Below are positions 24,212 through 39,120 of a DNA stretch of 64,000 bases, one piece after another. How positions within the stretch are numbered: the stretch's first letter is position 1; each line of letters begins with the position of its first letter. The DNA comes from Stylophora pistillata (Eukaryota): assembly GCF_002571385.2 (NCBI RefSeq), contig NW_019218184.1:148496-212495 (forward strand). Direction: 5' to 3'. A model generated the notes under the pieces. It was not told the DNA's origin. It did no database searches and saw nothing but the letters and a program-made list of their open reading frames with translations. A program made the translations under genes and the position numbers.

Positions 24212-27200
24212 CTACGTAGAGGGGGTTTTCATAACATAATCACTGAGGGACGAAATGGGGTCGGATGACGAGGTGGGCGTGGTCATTCTTGTGACAGCGG
24301 GACTAGAGGTGTTGGTATCCTTGGGAGAGCCAACGGACTGAGGACCTCCTCCTTGGGGATTATCTTCGCTGGCGGCCTGAGCTTGCTGTCCACACACGTG
24401 ATGATGGTTCTCCCAATCTTTGTGCTGACAAAACGGGCCGCAGTACCTCGCCACATTACATCCGCTACATGTCTCCGTAGCCTTTCGCCCGCAATTCCAA
24501 CAACTCTACGGGAAGAACAACCAATATCCCCATAAGAATGAGAACAACTTCACTAAAGAGCATGCAAATTGGCACAAACATTAACACAACTTTTGTTCAA
24601 GAAAACAAGAATGCATAGCATTATATCCCTACCTCACTCGAATCACTCTGATGATTTGACATGGCTAAGGTATCCTCAGTGGCCTGTCGGCGCGCCTCTA
24701 GCACAGCTTTCTCCATTTTGCCATGCGCACTAGCCACAGCCTCATTGGCTTTCTCCTCGGCAGCACGGACGGCTTTCTGTAGTTCCACCACAGCTTGTCT
24801 CTTCACGTCACTTACGGCCTCTTCCGCACGACGTTTGACTTCTGCTACGCGCTCCTCTGTTTGTTTTAGCGTTTTAGCCATCAGTTCCCCTAAACGAGTT
24901 TAAAGTACAGGTTTAACGAAAGACAAACTTTTCAGTCCGTTGACGAGCGAGCATTTTCTGAAAACCATGCTAGACTTAGTTGTCCATACAAAATGACGCT
25001 AGGCGAGTTCTAAACCCACCTGCTCTCCTCTTAACTTCCGCTTCTGTTTCTTCAGCTGTTTTTCGTGCCCAGGCCAATAATTCTTCTCGGTCCTGAGTGC
25101 ATCGTTGTTGAAGCACTGCTACAGCTCGTTTTGTCTTGTCAACCATTCCTATTATGCACTGAAGCATCTAATAACCACACAGAAATAATTATTAAAAAAG
25201 AGAAAAATCACAAATACCACACAGTAGTAGTACCGACATAAAATGCTCAGAAGTGATTAACATGAAACTTCTCCCTATAATACACATACATTATCCAACA
25301 AACAGGTGATGAGAATACTCATTCTTATCAGGTAGAAGTTATCTTGACCTAACACCAAATTCTCATAACTAATTCACAAGGAAATGTCTAGCACCCAGAT
25401 GGGAGAATTCACAACCAGATCTTGGGAATCAGAGGGTTAAAATGTGATTGCCCTTTACATAGAAAGTATAAAATATAAATTTCCATTAGTTCTAATCCAC
25501 TTGCATACCATGCCAGCCACAATTAGGGATTTACCTGACAGAGTTCGTTGCACAAGAATTGGTAAGTAACAGGAGCATGTTTTATAGGTCTCAATCAAAA
25601 GATAGCTCAGTGCATGGAAGACCTAGTCAATCTCCAATGCCTAATAAACACCTCATTGTAACCTTGGTAACACCTAATATACACCTCATTGTAACCTTGG
25701 TAACTCCACCTACCGTATCCACATGTTTCCAGTCATCCACTACTTCATGTTTGCTATCCAACAGAGCATCTGGCAGTGTGGGATCACCATCACGTGAGCT
25801 GCCTGCTGTGAAATTACCAATGATTAATCATACCATCACACAAAACTGAAACATCACTGCAAACAAAGGGCGGTAACATTATTTACAAGATAACGAGTCA
25901 TCAACCCTTTTGCCACCAAGATCTAAATGTCCACTCTCCATACCATCTAGCATACATTTTTCATAATTTTAGCTCCAGGTATTTCACGTTCAAAATAAGC
26001 ACTATTCCCTTGCTGATATTTTTATACTTTCCTATTACTTTCCTGCTAGAAAGAGTAGAGGTATTGTATGGAGAAATTCTTGGTTAACGCTTCAACTCCC
26101 ATGAGTGACCAAGACAGAATTTCTCCTTACAATATCAATACAATATCAAGACAAATGATGACAATAAACAAAAATATCAATTAGGGGATTAGTAGTTGAT
26201 CCAATACCAAATTCTCCAAACTAACATCATAAGAATGTACAGTGTGTGGCAGACAGTAAGGAGAAAAAACTACAGGATCTTGGGGCTGACAATAGAATAC
26301 TATGGGCATGTAATAAAATTCTACCCAATTTAACCATTTACCTTTATGAATTCAGTGCATAATTTGTCATCTTGTAATGCAACGACTGAGCTGTTCAGAG
26401 TAGTTTTTGTTTTGGAAATAAAAGATTATTCAACATCCTTTAAATATTACCTTGTGGTATTGTGATGTCTTCCATTCTTAACTGACTTGGTTTATTAAAA
26501 CTGCTGCTGTTGCCTATACAAGAAAATACAAAGCTAGCTCAGTATCAATTCATCATGCAATGTGATTCTTGTTCAACAACTTTGAGATAAGATTAACTTT
26601 ATATAATTCTAAAGCTACATTGAAATCCCTCAATTTAAAACAAAGCTGTTTAGCTATCTTCAGCAAAGAAATCATAACAAAAAAGGATTCATTTTGAGGT
26701 GAAAGAGGTGAAAGATGTCAAAGTAATTGCATTCAAGTTACATTCAGTTTTATACACTTACCCAAAAAGGGCCTCTTTGGGATAGGTTTACCCAGTTCTG
26801 CCATCATTTGCTGAAACAAAAGGAGGGAAAATTTCAAAACTGTGATGGCCACAGAATTCAGTAACCAAATAAGGAAGAGGTATTTATTTGCATATTTATA
26901 CAGCATCTGCACCAGCATAATGTGATTGTCATGGGATGCATTACATTATGCAATACAGGTATTTAATAAGCATATCTCCTATTTCATAATGAAGTACTTA
27001 GATTTCAGGAAAAAATAAGGAAGAAACACTCCAACTCACCATAGCCAAATCAGGAGGTCCTCCGTTTTCCTTAGGTCTGTAAAAGATGGCAAATCTATTC
27101 TTAAAAGTATTCTTACAAAGAAATCTAAGTCTACGTACTGTTGTACATCCTGACTTAATTTATGGCTGTGCTCTAGCAACACCTGGAGGCCCCTGGTGTC

Positions 27201-29694
27201 TTACTTTTGCTCATGAGCAACTAAAGAATCTTAGTTTTTCCATAAAAGGCATATGTAGGGCAACCTGGATTTCATAATTTGTAGTACTGGGCTCTTTTAA
27301 TTATTATTTTTCTTAGTATTACATCAACCAATAACCCCAAATTGATAACTTTCTCTACTCTCATCAATTGTCTGCTTGATTTTGTAATGATACTATGGGA
27401 AGAAATTCTGTGTTGGTCACACATGAGAGTAAAAGGGTTAATGAAAAGTTGTTAGCTTGTAACATTTAATTCTGGTCCATGACATGTAATGTAACCAAAC
27501 AAAAAACAAGAATAATGCCATAGCCATACACAGGCTACAAAATTACATTCTCATTCCAAATGAAAGGAAAGTCAACTTTGCACTTGTGTTAAATGAAAAA
27601 AGCACTTGTTTTGAGCCAGTCAGATGCACACAATTTTTTCATGTCTAATGTTATTCTTTTAATTTTATATTGCTGCTGTTGGACAGAAGACAATCACAGA
27701 CTGTTTTCACAGTTTTACGAGAGCCACAATTTTAAATAGTAACAGGGCTCAAAATTGTGCCTGTATAGGACACATTTGCGAATAACGATTTTGCTTTTGC
27801 AACTAAAATTTCTCCATTGGTAGCGATTTTACAACCATTTTATAGCCTAGCTTATAAGTAAATTATATTTAATAGCCTTGTGTCTCACTTGTTACTGGTT
27901 GCTGTAGTTTTATCCGAAAAATCCCACTAAATTCAAGTTAAATGTTGCATGACTTTTATCGTTGACTTCTTGCTGAGAAACATATCATGGGCTTGCTTTT
28001 TCAGAACCTACGCCATGCAATACTCATGAAATTTCTTGAGTTGGTTACTTTTGCAACTAAAATTTTTGAACTTGTAACAAAATTTTAGGAATTACTTGCA
28101 TATTGTGATCGAGAATTTTTTTTAATTCTGAGCCCTGAGTAATATTGTCAAAGAAAATATTAAACCAGTATAACTATTGAGAGATAAAAACAAATGTTTT
28201 TTGTAATAGCTTTACCTCATATTTTCTGAAGGAGCCTTTCGTTTCCCATTTTCATTTATTTCTAGTGGATTTAGTTCCTCTGGATCCAGAGGTGCTGTTT
28301 CTCTTTCACTTAAAATATCTTCATGTTGTCTGAGATATTGTGGTGGAGTTTGTTTGGCCATCTGAGCACACTGTAACAGTTCTCTTTGTAGAAGGGGTAG
28401 GTTTGCCTGGAAATACCATAAAAATTATACCTTAGTTATTATGGGTTGATAAGGCAAGATATCTGAATGATCGGCAATTCTATTCTAGGCCCTCAGTTTA
28501 CAAGTACAACTTTAGGTCAACAAACTGATACACACAAAAACTTAGATGCCAAATATCTGGGCCACTTAAAACGAACCTTAGTCTCAAACTGGGAAATTAA
28601 TTCTACTATTTACAGTAACAAACACTCCTAAATAAGTTAAGCACTTTACTTATTACTAAGTTTGGAATCTATGCAGTACACCAATTTTACCAATGAGTAA
28701 AGGTTCTTGATCCCGATGCCAAAACAGCCGTAAGAATCCATCAGCCACAAGATATTCATTTCAAAAAAATGTCAAAGTTTTAAGAGCAGAAAAAAAATTT
28801 CAGCCAATTTTGGTGCAAAAGGTGACTAAGTGCTGACTTATTTTCACATAGCCCACCTTCTACTGATTAAACCATGTTAAGCAAGAACAGACCAAAAAGC
28901 AAAATTTCTGGCAGAAAGGTGAAGATGAAAAAACTCAGGAAAAACATTTGATTGGCCACCATACTGTCAACGTTAAACTCAAATGGAATTTATAGTAGGC
29001 CATGCACAGAATTGATATTTAGTTCTTGGAAACGAAAATGTTGTGTTGCATTTATATACCACTACTGTGGAAACAAAGCAAAGCTTGAGCATGTGGGGAG
29101 GCACTAGCTAAATAATTGTCTCCCTTAGTATACCTGCTCTGATTTCATTTACATGTATATAAACAGAGTCAAGCATACCTTTAGAAATGGTATAACAAAT
29201 GGTCTAAGAGGAAAATTTGTAGCTTCTTGAAGCTGTGCATGAAATTCTTCAATGGATATTGTAGAGTTCTGAAATAAGAATAACCAAAAGTTAACATTAT
29301 ATCTCTGACCACAAGCACCTATTGCCCCAACAGTACCAAAATTTGTTACAAATTGTTTCCTTACCACAAGGTTCATAACAAGTCCTCGCACTCTCTCTCC
29401 AATTTCAGGTGAAATATCTGAACCAAACTGTTGCAGAGTTGTCAGGAATCGCTTCAACTTGCTAAGTTGCCGTGCACCGCAGGCTGGAGGTAGTTGGGTT
29501 ACACTGTTTCCTATACTGCTAGGTGACACGGGTCCAGTGGGGCTGGTATGTGCACCATTGACAGCCGGTGAAGTGGAATTATTAAGAGACCTAACATCAG
29601 CTACAACAGGAACTGATGAAGGATTTGTATTTGGCGACGACACTGGAGGTCCCTGAGGAGGATGAGCTGCTGGATCTGTCGGTGAATCTGGCAT
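24212..29694 (-). CDS. CBFA2T1: CBFA2T/ETO/MTG (nervy) transcriptional co-repressor, 515 aa; coding exons 29694-29365, 29268-29179, 28406-28216, 27076-27040, 26810-26762, 26513-26451, 25802-25714, 25167-25020, 24889-24633, 24505-24212
   Basis: MPDSP start; TAFH/NHR1 ([18 protein letters not shown]...[23 protein letters not shown]); NHR2 ([24 protein letters not shown]); NHR3 ([17 protein letters not shown]); MYND ([30 protein letters not shown]). All introns GT-AG with consistent phases, 1548 nt total. The symbol is at family level. Confidence 0.95.
27743..28137. mobile_element. Intronic MITE with TIRs and 5-bp flanking duplication
   Basis: CAGGGCTCAAAATT ... AATTCTGAGCCCTG flanked by AGTAA on both sides. 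Confidence 0.7.
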
Positions 29695-31958
29695 GCTTGC
29701 CTCTCTTAAATCTACAACATAACAATTTTATCTTATCTGTCTGCTTTTGACCGCATATTAGTATGTGAAAGGCAATACACACATGTCCACCTTTAAAAGG
29801 ACTGGTTGCTCTTAGAACTTTACTTGAGTAGCCAAAATAACGCGAGATGACATAGGTTTGAATTTACAGCACTGTGCTTTGTGATTGCTCGAGAATGCTT
29901 TGTGCCATGTTCTCAACCAAGTGGATGTAAAACTTAAACCAACCTTGACTCGACAACCCACAAGTTAGTTACCCTTGGTCCAGGATATATGCAGCACATG
30001 AACTTATTTTGAGTTTTTACTGGCTCATTGTAAAATTTTCTTTAAGTGGTCCAAAAATAAGAACAGTGAGAACCACAAAAAAATCGTCACTTTTTCCAAA
30101 TAACAAAGGCTGATATTTCAAATATAGCATACTATCATAGCATAAAAACCAACTTTTTCTTCACTGGTTTAGCTCATGAAATCACTCTCCTGCACTAATG
30201 CCAACTATAGAGTTCCATGGCAACTGAAGATCCAGCATTCTTAGCATTGTGACCCTTATGACAACTTGTATCTTCACCTTGGCAAAAAAATGATTCGAAA
30301 AGCCCAACAAAAGTTGTATCAAGCCTTCTCATTTGCCTTCAAGGGGACAGAGGCAGATACAGAAAAGACAATATTTGTAAGATACATATATTAATTGGTA
30401 CCTATCAGGGTGGGATTAGAAATTGTTGTCAGGTACCAACTGGATGGCTTAAATGGTTTTAAACTCAGACTGCACAGAAAAAATAATATTATAACTACGG
30501 AATGCAAACTATGTAACAAACTCCTAACCCCAGTTTCACATCAAACAAACTAGGTACTCGTTTACATCGTTACATTACTGAAAACTGATCACAAATTATA
30601 AACTCTATTACTCTGTCATTTTTTTAATTTGTTGATGATCAATACATGATATCCAATATATTTAAAGCATATTTCTGTATTACAATACAGTCACAATGTG
30701 AAACATAATATGAACACAGTAAGTCCCAAAACAAAATAGAACATAACAGTCTCCCTGCTGAATTGAGTAATAACAAACCTTGATAGCTATTAAATATACT
30801 ATTTTTATTTTTGACAAAGACCGACATTCCACTTAACCTATGGTCAATAACTGGAAAAATATGCAGACCCATTAAGTTGACATGAATGTCGCTAGTAATA
30901 CAGACTACAATTGCCTGAGAACAATCAACAGTTGTGCTTGGTTGAACATTACAAATTCAATGGATAAGAGCATATATTGGTGTGGTCTTAAGTTCATATG
31001 CTTCGGTCAAAATGTTTCCGAAACAAAGTCATTTGCATTCAAACGAGCTGTAAAGACGAACTCTTATCCAAACTTGACAACACAATTCATAGCATCGAAC
31101 CACTCGGATATGTGGCTAAAACAATCATCGGGTGATAGTTTTCTGATTTTTCATCTGTCGCTTTTAATTTCACATTTCAGAGCCATCATGAAAATTCTTC
31201 AATTGTCAACGAGTCTTATAACGCCTTGTTTATCAAGCGGGTTCACCACGAACAAAATTTCGCAGACACAAAAGATCGCTTCAGTGGTGGAGTCAAGAAG
31301 ATGGCCAATTTGTTCGTCAGGCTACCGAAGTAAAGTACTATAAGAACTTCATGAATAACCTTGTAAATACGCATAACTCTGTTGATGAGATTTTAATGAC
31401 ACAACCAAAATTACTAAAGATTTATCAAGAAACATACTGTGATTCACGGAGTTTAAGTTAGAGCATGGAACTTGTGGCAATCGAAGAAACAGTATACTGT
31501 TACCGTCTCATAACCAGGTAACTGAATTATCATTACATAAGAAGAAAATATGAAATTGGTAAAATGTTTTAATTTTCCCCAAAACTTATACGTCACGACC
31601 CACAGCGTTTGCAACAAACAAGCTACAGAGGGCGAGCGAAGAGCCTACGGATATCATATCGCGACAGAGGTAGCGACAAAAGGGATTTATAAAACGAGAA
31701 GGTTTGCGCGCTTGAAGGGCGAGAACCTTTGCGCAAATCACGATTAAAGCAAACAGGAATATGAAATTTCGAATAAGAAATTAGTAGAGTTTCTAGGACA
31801 TACATCGCCTCGTAAGATAAGCATTATAAATCGTTGTAACAAATTTTGGTAACGCTGTGTCGTTCCTCTCACCGAAAACATAAATAAATAAAAACTCATG
31901 GCTCCGTCTAAGCAACATAAGCGTAAAAGAAATTTGATTTGCATCTCGATGTACTCAC

Positions 31959-32100
31959 GTCTGAGACAAGTTTCAATCCCCTTTTAAACAAATCCTAAGA
32001 GCTATGGACGATAACCAAGCGTATTCTGGAGTCCTTGTCTTAATCCATAGCTAAACAAAACAAAGGGAGACGAAGCAAAATCGGACGCCATATAAAAGAA
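31959..32100 (-). other. Probable non-coding first exon of the CBFA2T gene (contains a 29-aa uORF)
   Basis: Strong donor AC|GTGAGT at 31959/31958; acceptor before 29711 just upstream of the ATG; shift to CpG-retaining sequence; ATGGCG (YY1-like) at 32091. Confidence 0.55.
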
Positions 32101-32319
32101 CTCGTCATTACACTACTCAAGGTGGCGCTTTGAAAACTTCACCATCGGAAACGCGCGCGACAATTAAAAACAGCTAGATGCGTTTGCTTAGTTTAATGTT
32201 ATGGAATATGATCAATATATTGGCAAATACCTGAAGTTACAGCCGGCATTACAGACTTCTCGCTACACCAGAAAGGGGCTTTCGTATAACTCCCATCGAG
32301 AAACTCTGCCACCGGTGAA

Positions 32320-32560
32320 GCAATTAATTAGTGACGTCATGAGTGGGTCACGTGATCCGTATGTTATGAATAAATGAATATAGCTGACGTTTAAAATATC
32401 TCGAAATTTTTTTAATGCATTGTTTATAATATTTCTTTAGCACGTGCCGTACGGTCCATTAAACGAAGGAAAAAATAGTGGCTAAGAGCGGACAACTTTT
32501 ATGGGAGAACGCGATCAGATAAAAACAACAAAGATTTTGCCGTGGGAAAAATAATCCTCA
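32320..32560. promoter_or_regulatory. CBFA2T proximal promoter motifs: CRE, CACGTG E-box, CSL site
   Basis: TGACGTCA 32332-32339, GTCACGTGAT 32347-32356, CGTGGGAA 32541-32548. Confidence 0.45.
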
Positions 32561-35500
32561 TCGGAAAACTATCACCGAATATCTTGCTTAATATTTAACT
32601 AGCTGTCACCAACACAAAAGTAATTTCAATTTTCATTTTCCTGTTTGAAAAGCGAAAACGCAAATTTATCTAAATTTCGTGCGAAAGCTGCAGGCTTGTT
32701 TTTCATTGAAATATTTTCGTTTACAATTGAAACTGCCGAAGGAATTGGCGATAAAAATGAGAGAGATCGCGAAAAAACGACCAAGTCTGTTTTGACCCAC
32801 AGTTCACTGAGATTTTCTCAGCCGCTTTTTTTTTCAACACAATATGCAATATCGGCGCACAGATAACACTCCTTATCAACTATCAGATGGTATAGAGCGA
32901 CTGTCAACAGCTGTGCATACGGGAATCTAGCGACTGTCGGTAGCAGGTGCACCCCATACTATACCCCCGTTCCATTGTTTGCGTTTCTAAATATGGAAGT
33001 CAGGCCACCGTTGCTTAGATATACTGAGAGCCTGGGGTCCAATTCTGATGCAAAGATTTAGGGACTCCTATTGTTATGATATTTCCAAAAAAAAAGATAA
33101 AAACTCAGAGATAAAGTGAAATGTTGTAGATTAGCCACTGTCAACACGCTGAAAAATCCAAAAGGATTTTAATGTCCGCCTTGTTTTCGAATCCCACAAA
33201 ATTGGAGAACTAAAGAAACCATATGCTTCAAAAGCTTTTCAGTCGCTAAAGTAATAAATAATTAACCAAAGGTTCATTAAAATAGATCTCTCACACACGT
33301 GCCCTCGTAAGGAATAATGATTTTGGCCAAAATCGAACAGTGTTTCCGTGTAATACGATACCTACTTTGCAAAAAACATAATGATCGCATGACCAAAAAA
33401 CACGACAACATGCGATAATGAATAAAAGGCACGAAAGAAAAATACAAAAACTCTCCAAATAGCTTGTTTAAATTGTTTTTGTTGGGTCTCTGATGAGAAG
33501 CACAAGAATAAATCGATAACCGGTAAACCCTGCAATTCAACCTGGTTTGTGATTGGTCGATTCCCGCACGTGCAAATTATTCGATTGTTGGTGTAGTTAT
33601 TGTATCGTATGTACATCTGTTTCTACCACTCACTAAGGACATTAAAGAAAACGAGCTGTTTTCTCCTGTCGAAACCTTCCACTGACAACTTATGTTTTAT
33701 TTACACAAGGCCTTCTAAGTGGTGGTAAGGCGGCGAGGCGTTCAACAAGGCCAACTGTATGCCCGTAATTACTTTTCCAACGACATGAAAAAATTATACC
33801 ACAAAGATACCAAACGGACGGGGGATTTACGCTTTTTTTTTTTTTTTTTAATAAACCGGGTCACTGAAAAAAATTCTCGGGGTGAAACAAAAATCCTACA
33901 GCGAATTTTAAGTGGCTTCTGTGATATTTTTATTTCTCCACCAGTGGAAAAAGAATTCATGAAAATTTATATGGACAAAATAGTGAGTACGGTATAAATG
34001 CAAGGGGAAAAATCAATGGCAAATTCATTTTTAAGACAAAAAAGGATTCGTACCGTTGTATTTGTGGTGATGCATTCCGCCGACGAATTTCATTGATCCT
34101 TCGGTGAATAGAAAAAAAAAGGCGTTGTATTGAAGATTCAGAGCGGCGGCTGTCTCGCCAACAAACTTGTATAGCAAGGCAAGGCGTAACAAATAGTGGA
34201 GTTTTCTCGCGCGCGCGAATCACCACCTGCACATCCGGGAACCTAAGGCATCTGTAGCAGCTGCCCACACAAAGTGCATGTCATCATTAATTAACGAAAG
34301 CTCGGCATTTGACAGATATAATTCCGTGAATTATTTACATCTGCCTCTCTGACATCAGCAAGGAGCGCCAGCGAATTAATAGATTTAGAGATCTCTGCTT
34401 TAAAATTCATAGCCGTGAAGTAAGGCTTTAGACACGTTAGCATCGAAAGCGTGAACTTCACTCAACGAAGTTGTTATGTAGCTCTGCGCTCATGATGCGT
34501 CTAAAACTTGTTGAAATTCCTCCTTAACGACAACTTTCATACAAGCGAGCGATTTCGTTGCACCTGTAAAATAACTTTCCTTAAATGGAGAACGGCGATT
34601 TTCAGCAGACTTCGGAGGTCACATTATTAACTAAGGGTCGGGCGCTTTCTTTTCGCTTTCAGCTGACGTGGCTAACAATTTTATTTCATTTTAAACCTCA
34701 TCGTCAAATCTTTTAAGAAGTTCTTGGAATAAAAACTCAAGAATAAAAAATAAGACTCGTTTTATCGATTCGATAAGAGTAATAAACTTCGGGAGAATAA
34801 TTGGCGGGATTCTATGGGAAACATCTGCTCCCGTTATGCAAAACTTTAAGGCAAAGAAAACCCATCAATGTCTAAGGAATAGTTTAGTGGGGTGCCTATA
34901 ACAAAAATTAATAATATTTTTTAAGAAAACAACTGAAAGTTATCTATGCTTTTAACCATTCGGCGCGCATTATTTCGGCCTGAATGTTTTGGTGAGTTTT
35001 GCCTCACACCGTTCAAGTCGCCAGAGCATCTCCAAATGAATGCGATGAGTTTGTGTCCAATTTGGATTCCAGTTTATGTAAAAATTGCTCTCAAGTAATT
35101 TAGTTTGTTGCTAAAAACGCGAAATGGCTTTCTGAGAGTCTAAAAGCGTAAGCGCTAAGAGCTGACAGGAAAAAAAAATCGAAATGGAAAACAGAAAACA
35201 TCAAACTATCTTTTATTGGACGTTGCTGAAAATTTACAACAAAAGATAACGCGCTCAAGTATTTTCAGTTTTTAGATGCCGGATTTGAAGAGGACCCTTG
35301 AACAAATACTGCCATTTCACTGTCGACATGTAGTCAACTCCCCTCCGACATTTGGGAGCCACAATTAAATTTTTTTGCGCTTTTTCACTTCCCACCTTTG
35401 TTTCAACATACATGAATAAAATAACTGTGATAAAACTCAACTTAAACGTGAATTCATTAAACACGATCGAGGTGTTCTCGTTATTCTTGTCTTTTTACAT

Positions 35501-38500
35501 GATTTCTGAATCTTTTTTCCGAGGCTGTGAATTCTGTTTGATGACATTAAAATAAATAGTCTCGATTTCAGGGTTCTGTCATTTATCCGAATCTCAATAT
35601 GTGCTACATTTGAAATCCTTGATGTTTTCAAGTTGAGTCTTTGCCTTTCTTGACCAAAGAAAATTTCCATTTTAATTCGTGACATATATTGAAGATAACC
35701 ATTTAAAACGAAAAAAAAAAAAGAAGCCAAAGAAGCTGAAGCCAATTGTTCACCTCGGAATAAAAGCTTGAAATAGCTCAGTCTAGGATGTAAGAAAGAA
35801 GTTAATGCTGTTTTTCGATATTTTTCAATTTTCCTTTTTAACAAAACAATTAGATTCTTCTGAGTTTTTCAATTCGGTTGGCGATATACATCAAGGCTAT
35901 TATTCAACTCAACAAAGAATTTGTTTTTTACAGAATGCATTTTACGGAAAACATTAATCTTTCCGACTTTAAATAAAGCCATGTGAAATTTTCGTGCATT
36001 GAAATCGTTGCGTAGGAATACAAATATATTTCATTAAAACCATTTACGCGTAACATGAAAGGGTCTTGAGTTTACATATTTTCTACGAAAGATGCACCAC
36101 AGAAAGGCCTTTCATTTGCCCAGGAATTTTTCTTCAGATAACTGGTTGATTTAGTTTTATAAACTACCTTGAAATTCCACAATTCTTTTTAAAAGTTCCT
36201 AGCCCAGTTTTAAAAATAGAATTTACTTCTGACCCCTTGGAAAAAAAAAAAACACAAATAGAAAATTTGGTTGCCATGAAAATTGAAATGTTTCTTTTCA
36301 TTTACATAATTCAATAAAACCATTCACATCTACTAACAGCCGAGCCTGCTGGCGCTTAAAAGCAGGTTTTTCATCTCGCAATCTATTTTTAAGAAACTTG
36401 GCAGCTAGTTTGCATCGAGTGGAAGACCTGTAATCGTAGCAAGCTTTGAAAAATTGAACTATTCTAAACACAAATCTGATTTTTTTTTGTCATGAAACAA
36501 ACGCTTATTAAAGAAGTACACGCGAAACTTATATTTTTCAATTTGCATTGTTAGCGCGCGTGTTGTCATTGAGCCTCTCGTCTGTCAGTCTTTTTCCATT
36601 GTGTGTGGGGCATCTGATGATATTTGGAGGCAATAAATATTTAACATGTCAATCCCAATGTCCGGTTTGCTGCGAGATTTGATAAAATTGAAAATCATAC
36701 AGCTAAATTCGATAACTACGTGTACCCTATAGGAAAGACTTTTTTTTTTTCTGGGGGAGGGAGCTCAGATTGGTTGTTTTGTTTTCATTCACAATTTTGA
36801 TAAGCTGTTCAACCAAACAATCCCATGACTAATTCTATTTTAAACGGTCGTTTACAATTCAGAGGTTTCTATGGTCACATGTAAACTAGTTGAGAATACC
36901 CGTCAACACTGACTTATTTAAGATCTTTCACTCCGTTCAGTGGAGAGAGTTTGAGGTTATTTGTTCAACCTTTACAGACATTCAAATCGATCTGTTAGGA
37001 ACCTAAGCAAGACCTCAACTGCGCATGGGCTGATCCTGACTTCTACTATGGATGCGGAATTGGTTTGTTTGGGTCAAACATTTTAAACTTTGCCGAAACT
37101 CGATTGGGACATACAGTCATGAAAACTTAAATTTCTTTTTCGCGAATTTTCTTGCTTTTCCAATCAATACCATTATCTCAATTATCTGAGTTCGGCTGGT
37201 ATCTGACCCGCCTCTAAGCCGTTAATCACCCACTTTACCTAGACTTGCTGTATTGATTTCGGCTGGGAGTAAAAAGTTAACGCTGAATGACCACCACGTT
37301 TGACTTAATCTTTTTAAGGGAACTCGAAACAATCGCTAGATGAAGTTATGATTTTACGAGCAGATAGCGCAGTTCAGCAAGTTTTCTTCTTATGCATGAG
37401 ATGTAAAAACAATTTAAACACATGTTGTATTTTTGACAATGTTTTTGACAATATCATTGTGCTGATTTTTTTTTCAAAAACAAGTTGTGAGTGTATTGTT
37501 GTCCTTGATATTGTTGTTGTTACCCGTTATTACTATTGCACTTCTTAACCTGAATGGAGGCAAGGAGTTCTTTTTGAAAGATAACCTGTCGTTTTAATCT
37601 ACATCTAATAATGAGCCCCAACAAAAGATTCTCCGAGTGTCGGACACCTGTAAGAAACACGTGGAAATACAAAACACAATCCAACCCCAAAAAGTTTCAA
37701 CTCCACTTTGTATTCTATGTAAGATCTGCTGCAAGATCTTAATTCATTACAATGTTTTAATTTTGTGAAACAGAATTAAACTTTCATTGGATTAATTCTC
37801 TGAGCCAGTTTAAATGTAAGCTTTCATTTAAGTTACCAATCAAATTTATTCTCCAAATGAATTATACAAACGGATTACAGATGAAGTTGTTGGACCGATG
37901 ACTTCCACAGAAGATGATTACAAAACACGGTCGTTTAAATGTGCAGTTAACTGAAATTAAAACACGATCATAATCAAATGAGAATTTCACTTGATCAAAA
38001 TAAACAATTTCTAAAACAATTAGCACCAATATTAATGACATATAACAACAAAGCCGAGTGCAATTTGGACTAAACCAATAAATTACAGTACAAAAAAGCG
38101 CTAGAAAGCCCAAAAAGACAATGAAAAAATCCCATTATCATAATTATCCTGGAATTACAATCTAATATCGGCTTTCGTCAGCAAGAGTCCAAGACGTCTT
38201 TAAATGTTGTCGACAAATAATCGGGCTTTGTATAAGATTCCGAGAATTTCTCAAAACCTGTCGCTTGATGTTACACGTGTTGACGTAATATTTTACACAA
38301 GTGTCAAAAAGATCTACATCTGCCCTCTCTGTCGACCGAAACCAGCTTTTCGTGAGACAATATTTGTGGCAGAAGAACAGGTATCGTGCAAGCTGAACTA
38401 CAGCAGGTGTATAGTTTATTCTCGCTGTATTTTTCTCTCTATCTTTTTTAAACAAGTCAAATCTGCTGAGGCGTCGGTGTTATGTCAACTTTGTGAAATG

Positions 38501-39120
38501 GAGGGAATATGTCTTTCGAACCTTTTGGTGTTTTATTTTTCATCACGTCATCAGTGGCGCAGAGCGCTATTTTCGTTGTGCTAAATCAACCAAAAGTGTG
38601 TAATTCCTTCAATTTGAAATTCTACCTAACATAAAACTGTCGTCGTTGTTTTTCCGATCATCCAATGAAAGCTGGGGCATTTTTCCAGTTTCGCCTCTTT
38701 CCCTCATACATATTTTAAAACGATTGCTTTCAAACTAATACTGTGATTTTAATCAAATCATCGAAGAGAAAACTGATACTTCTATTTAAGCCCAGAGGTA
38801 AAAAAAAAAAAAAGGACGAATTAGTTAATGAACATCTTAAATCCCGGAAGTGATGAACATTTCACTTCCCCTCAAAAGATCAAGCATCGCAAAGGTAGAT
38901 CTAAAAAGTTTTTGATAGGGGGGAGACGAACGTTTGATTCATAGGACACATAAGTAAATATATATTATATTCTTCACATTGTGCGGTAACATGCGATCTT
39001 ATCCTTACGAGAATTTAGGTGTCGCACAATCAATAAAAGACCTTACAAGTCTGATGGGATGGGTGGGTCTAGAACTCCTCTGAACCCTGCCCTTGGACTC
39101 CTCCCCCCTCAATTGAGCTA

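Noticed and set aside
25647-25705. 33-bp tandem duplication beside a CBFA2T donor site
   Set aside because: Simple local intronic duplication with no evident function.
30882-31343. 153-aa ORF and other short ORFs across 30-48 kb
   Set aside because: No recognisable domains or exon structure; they lie in intronic or intergenic AT-rich sequence.
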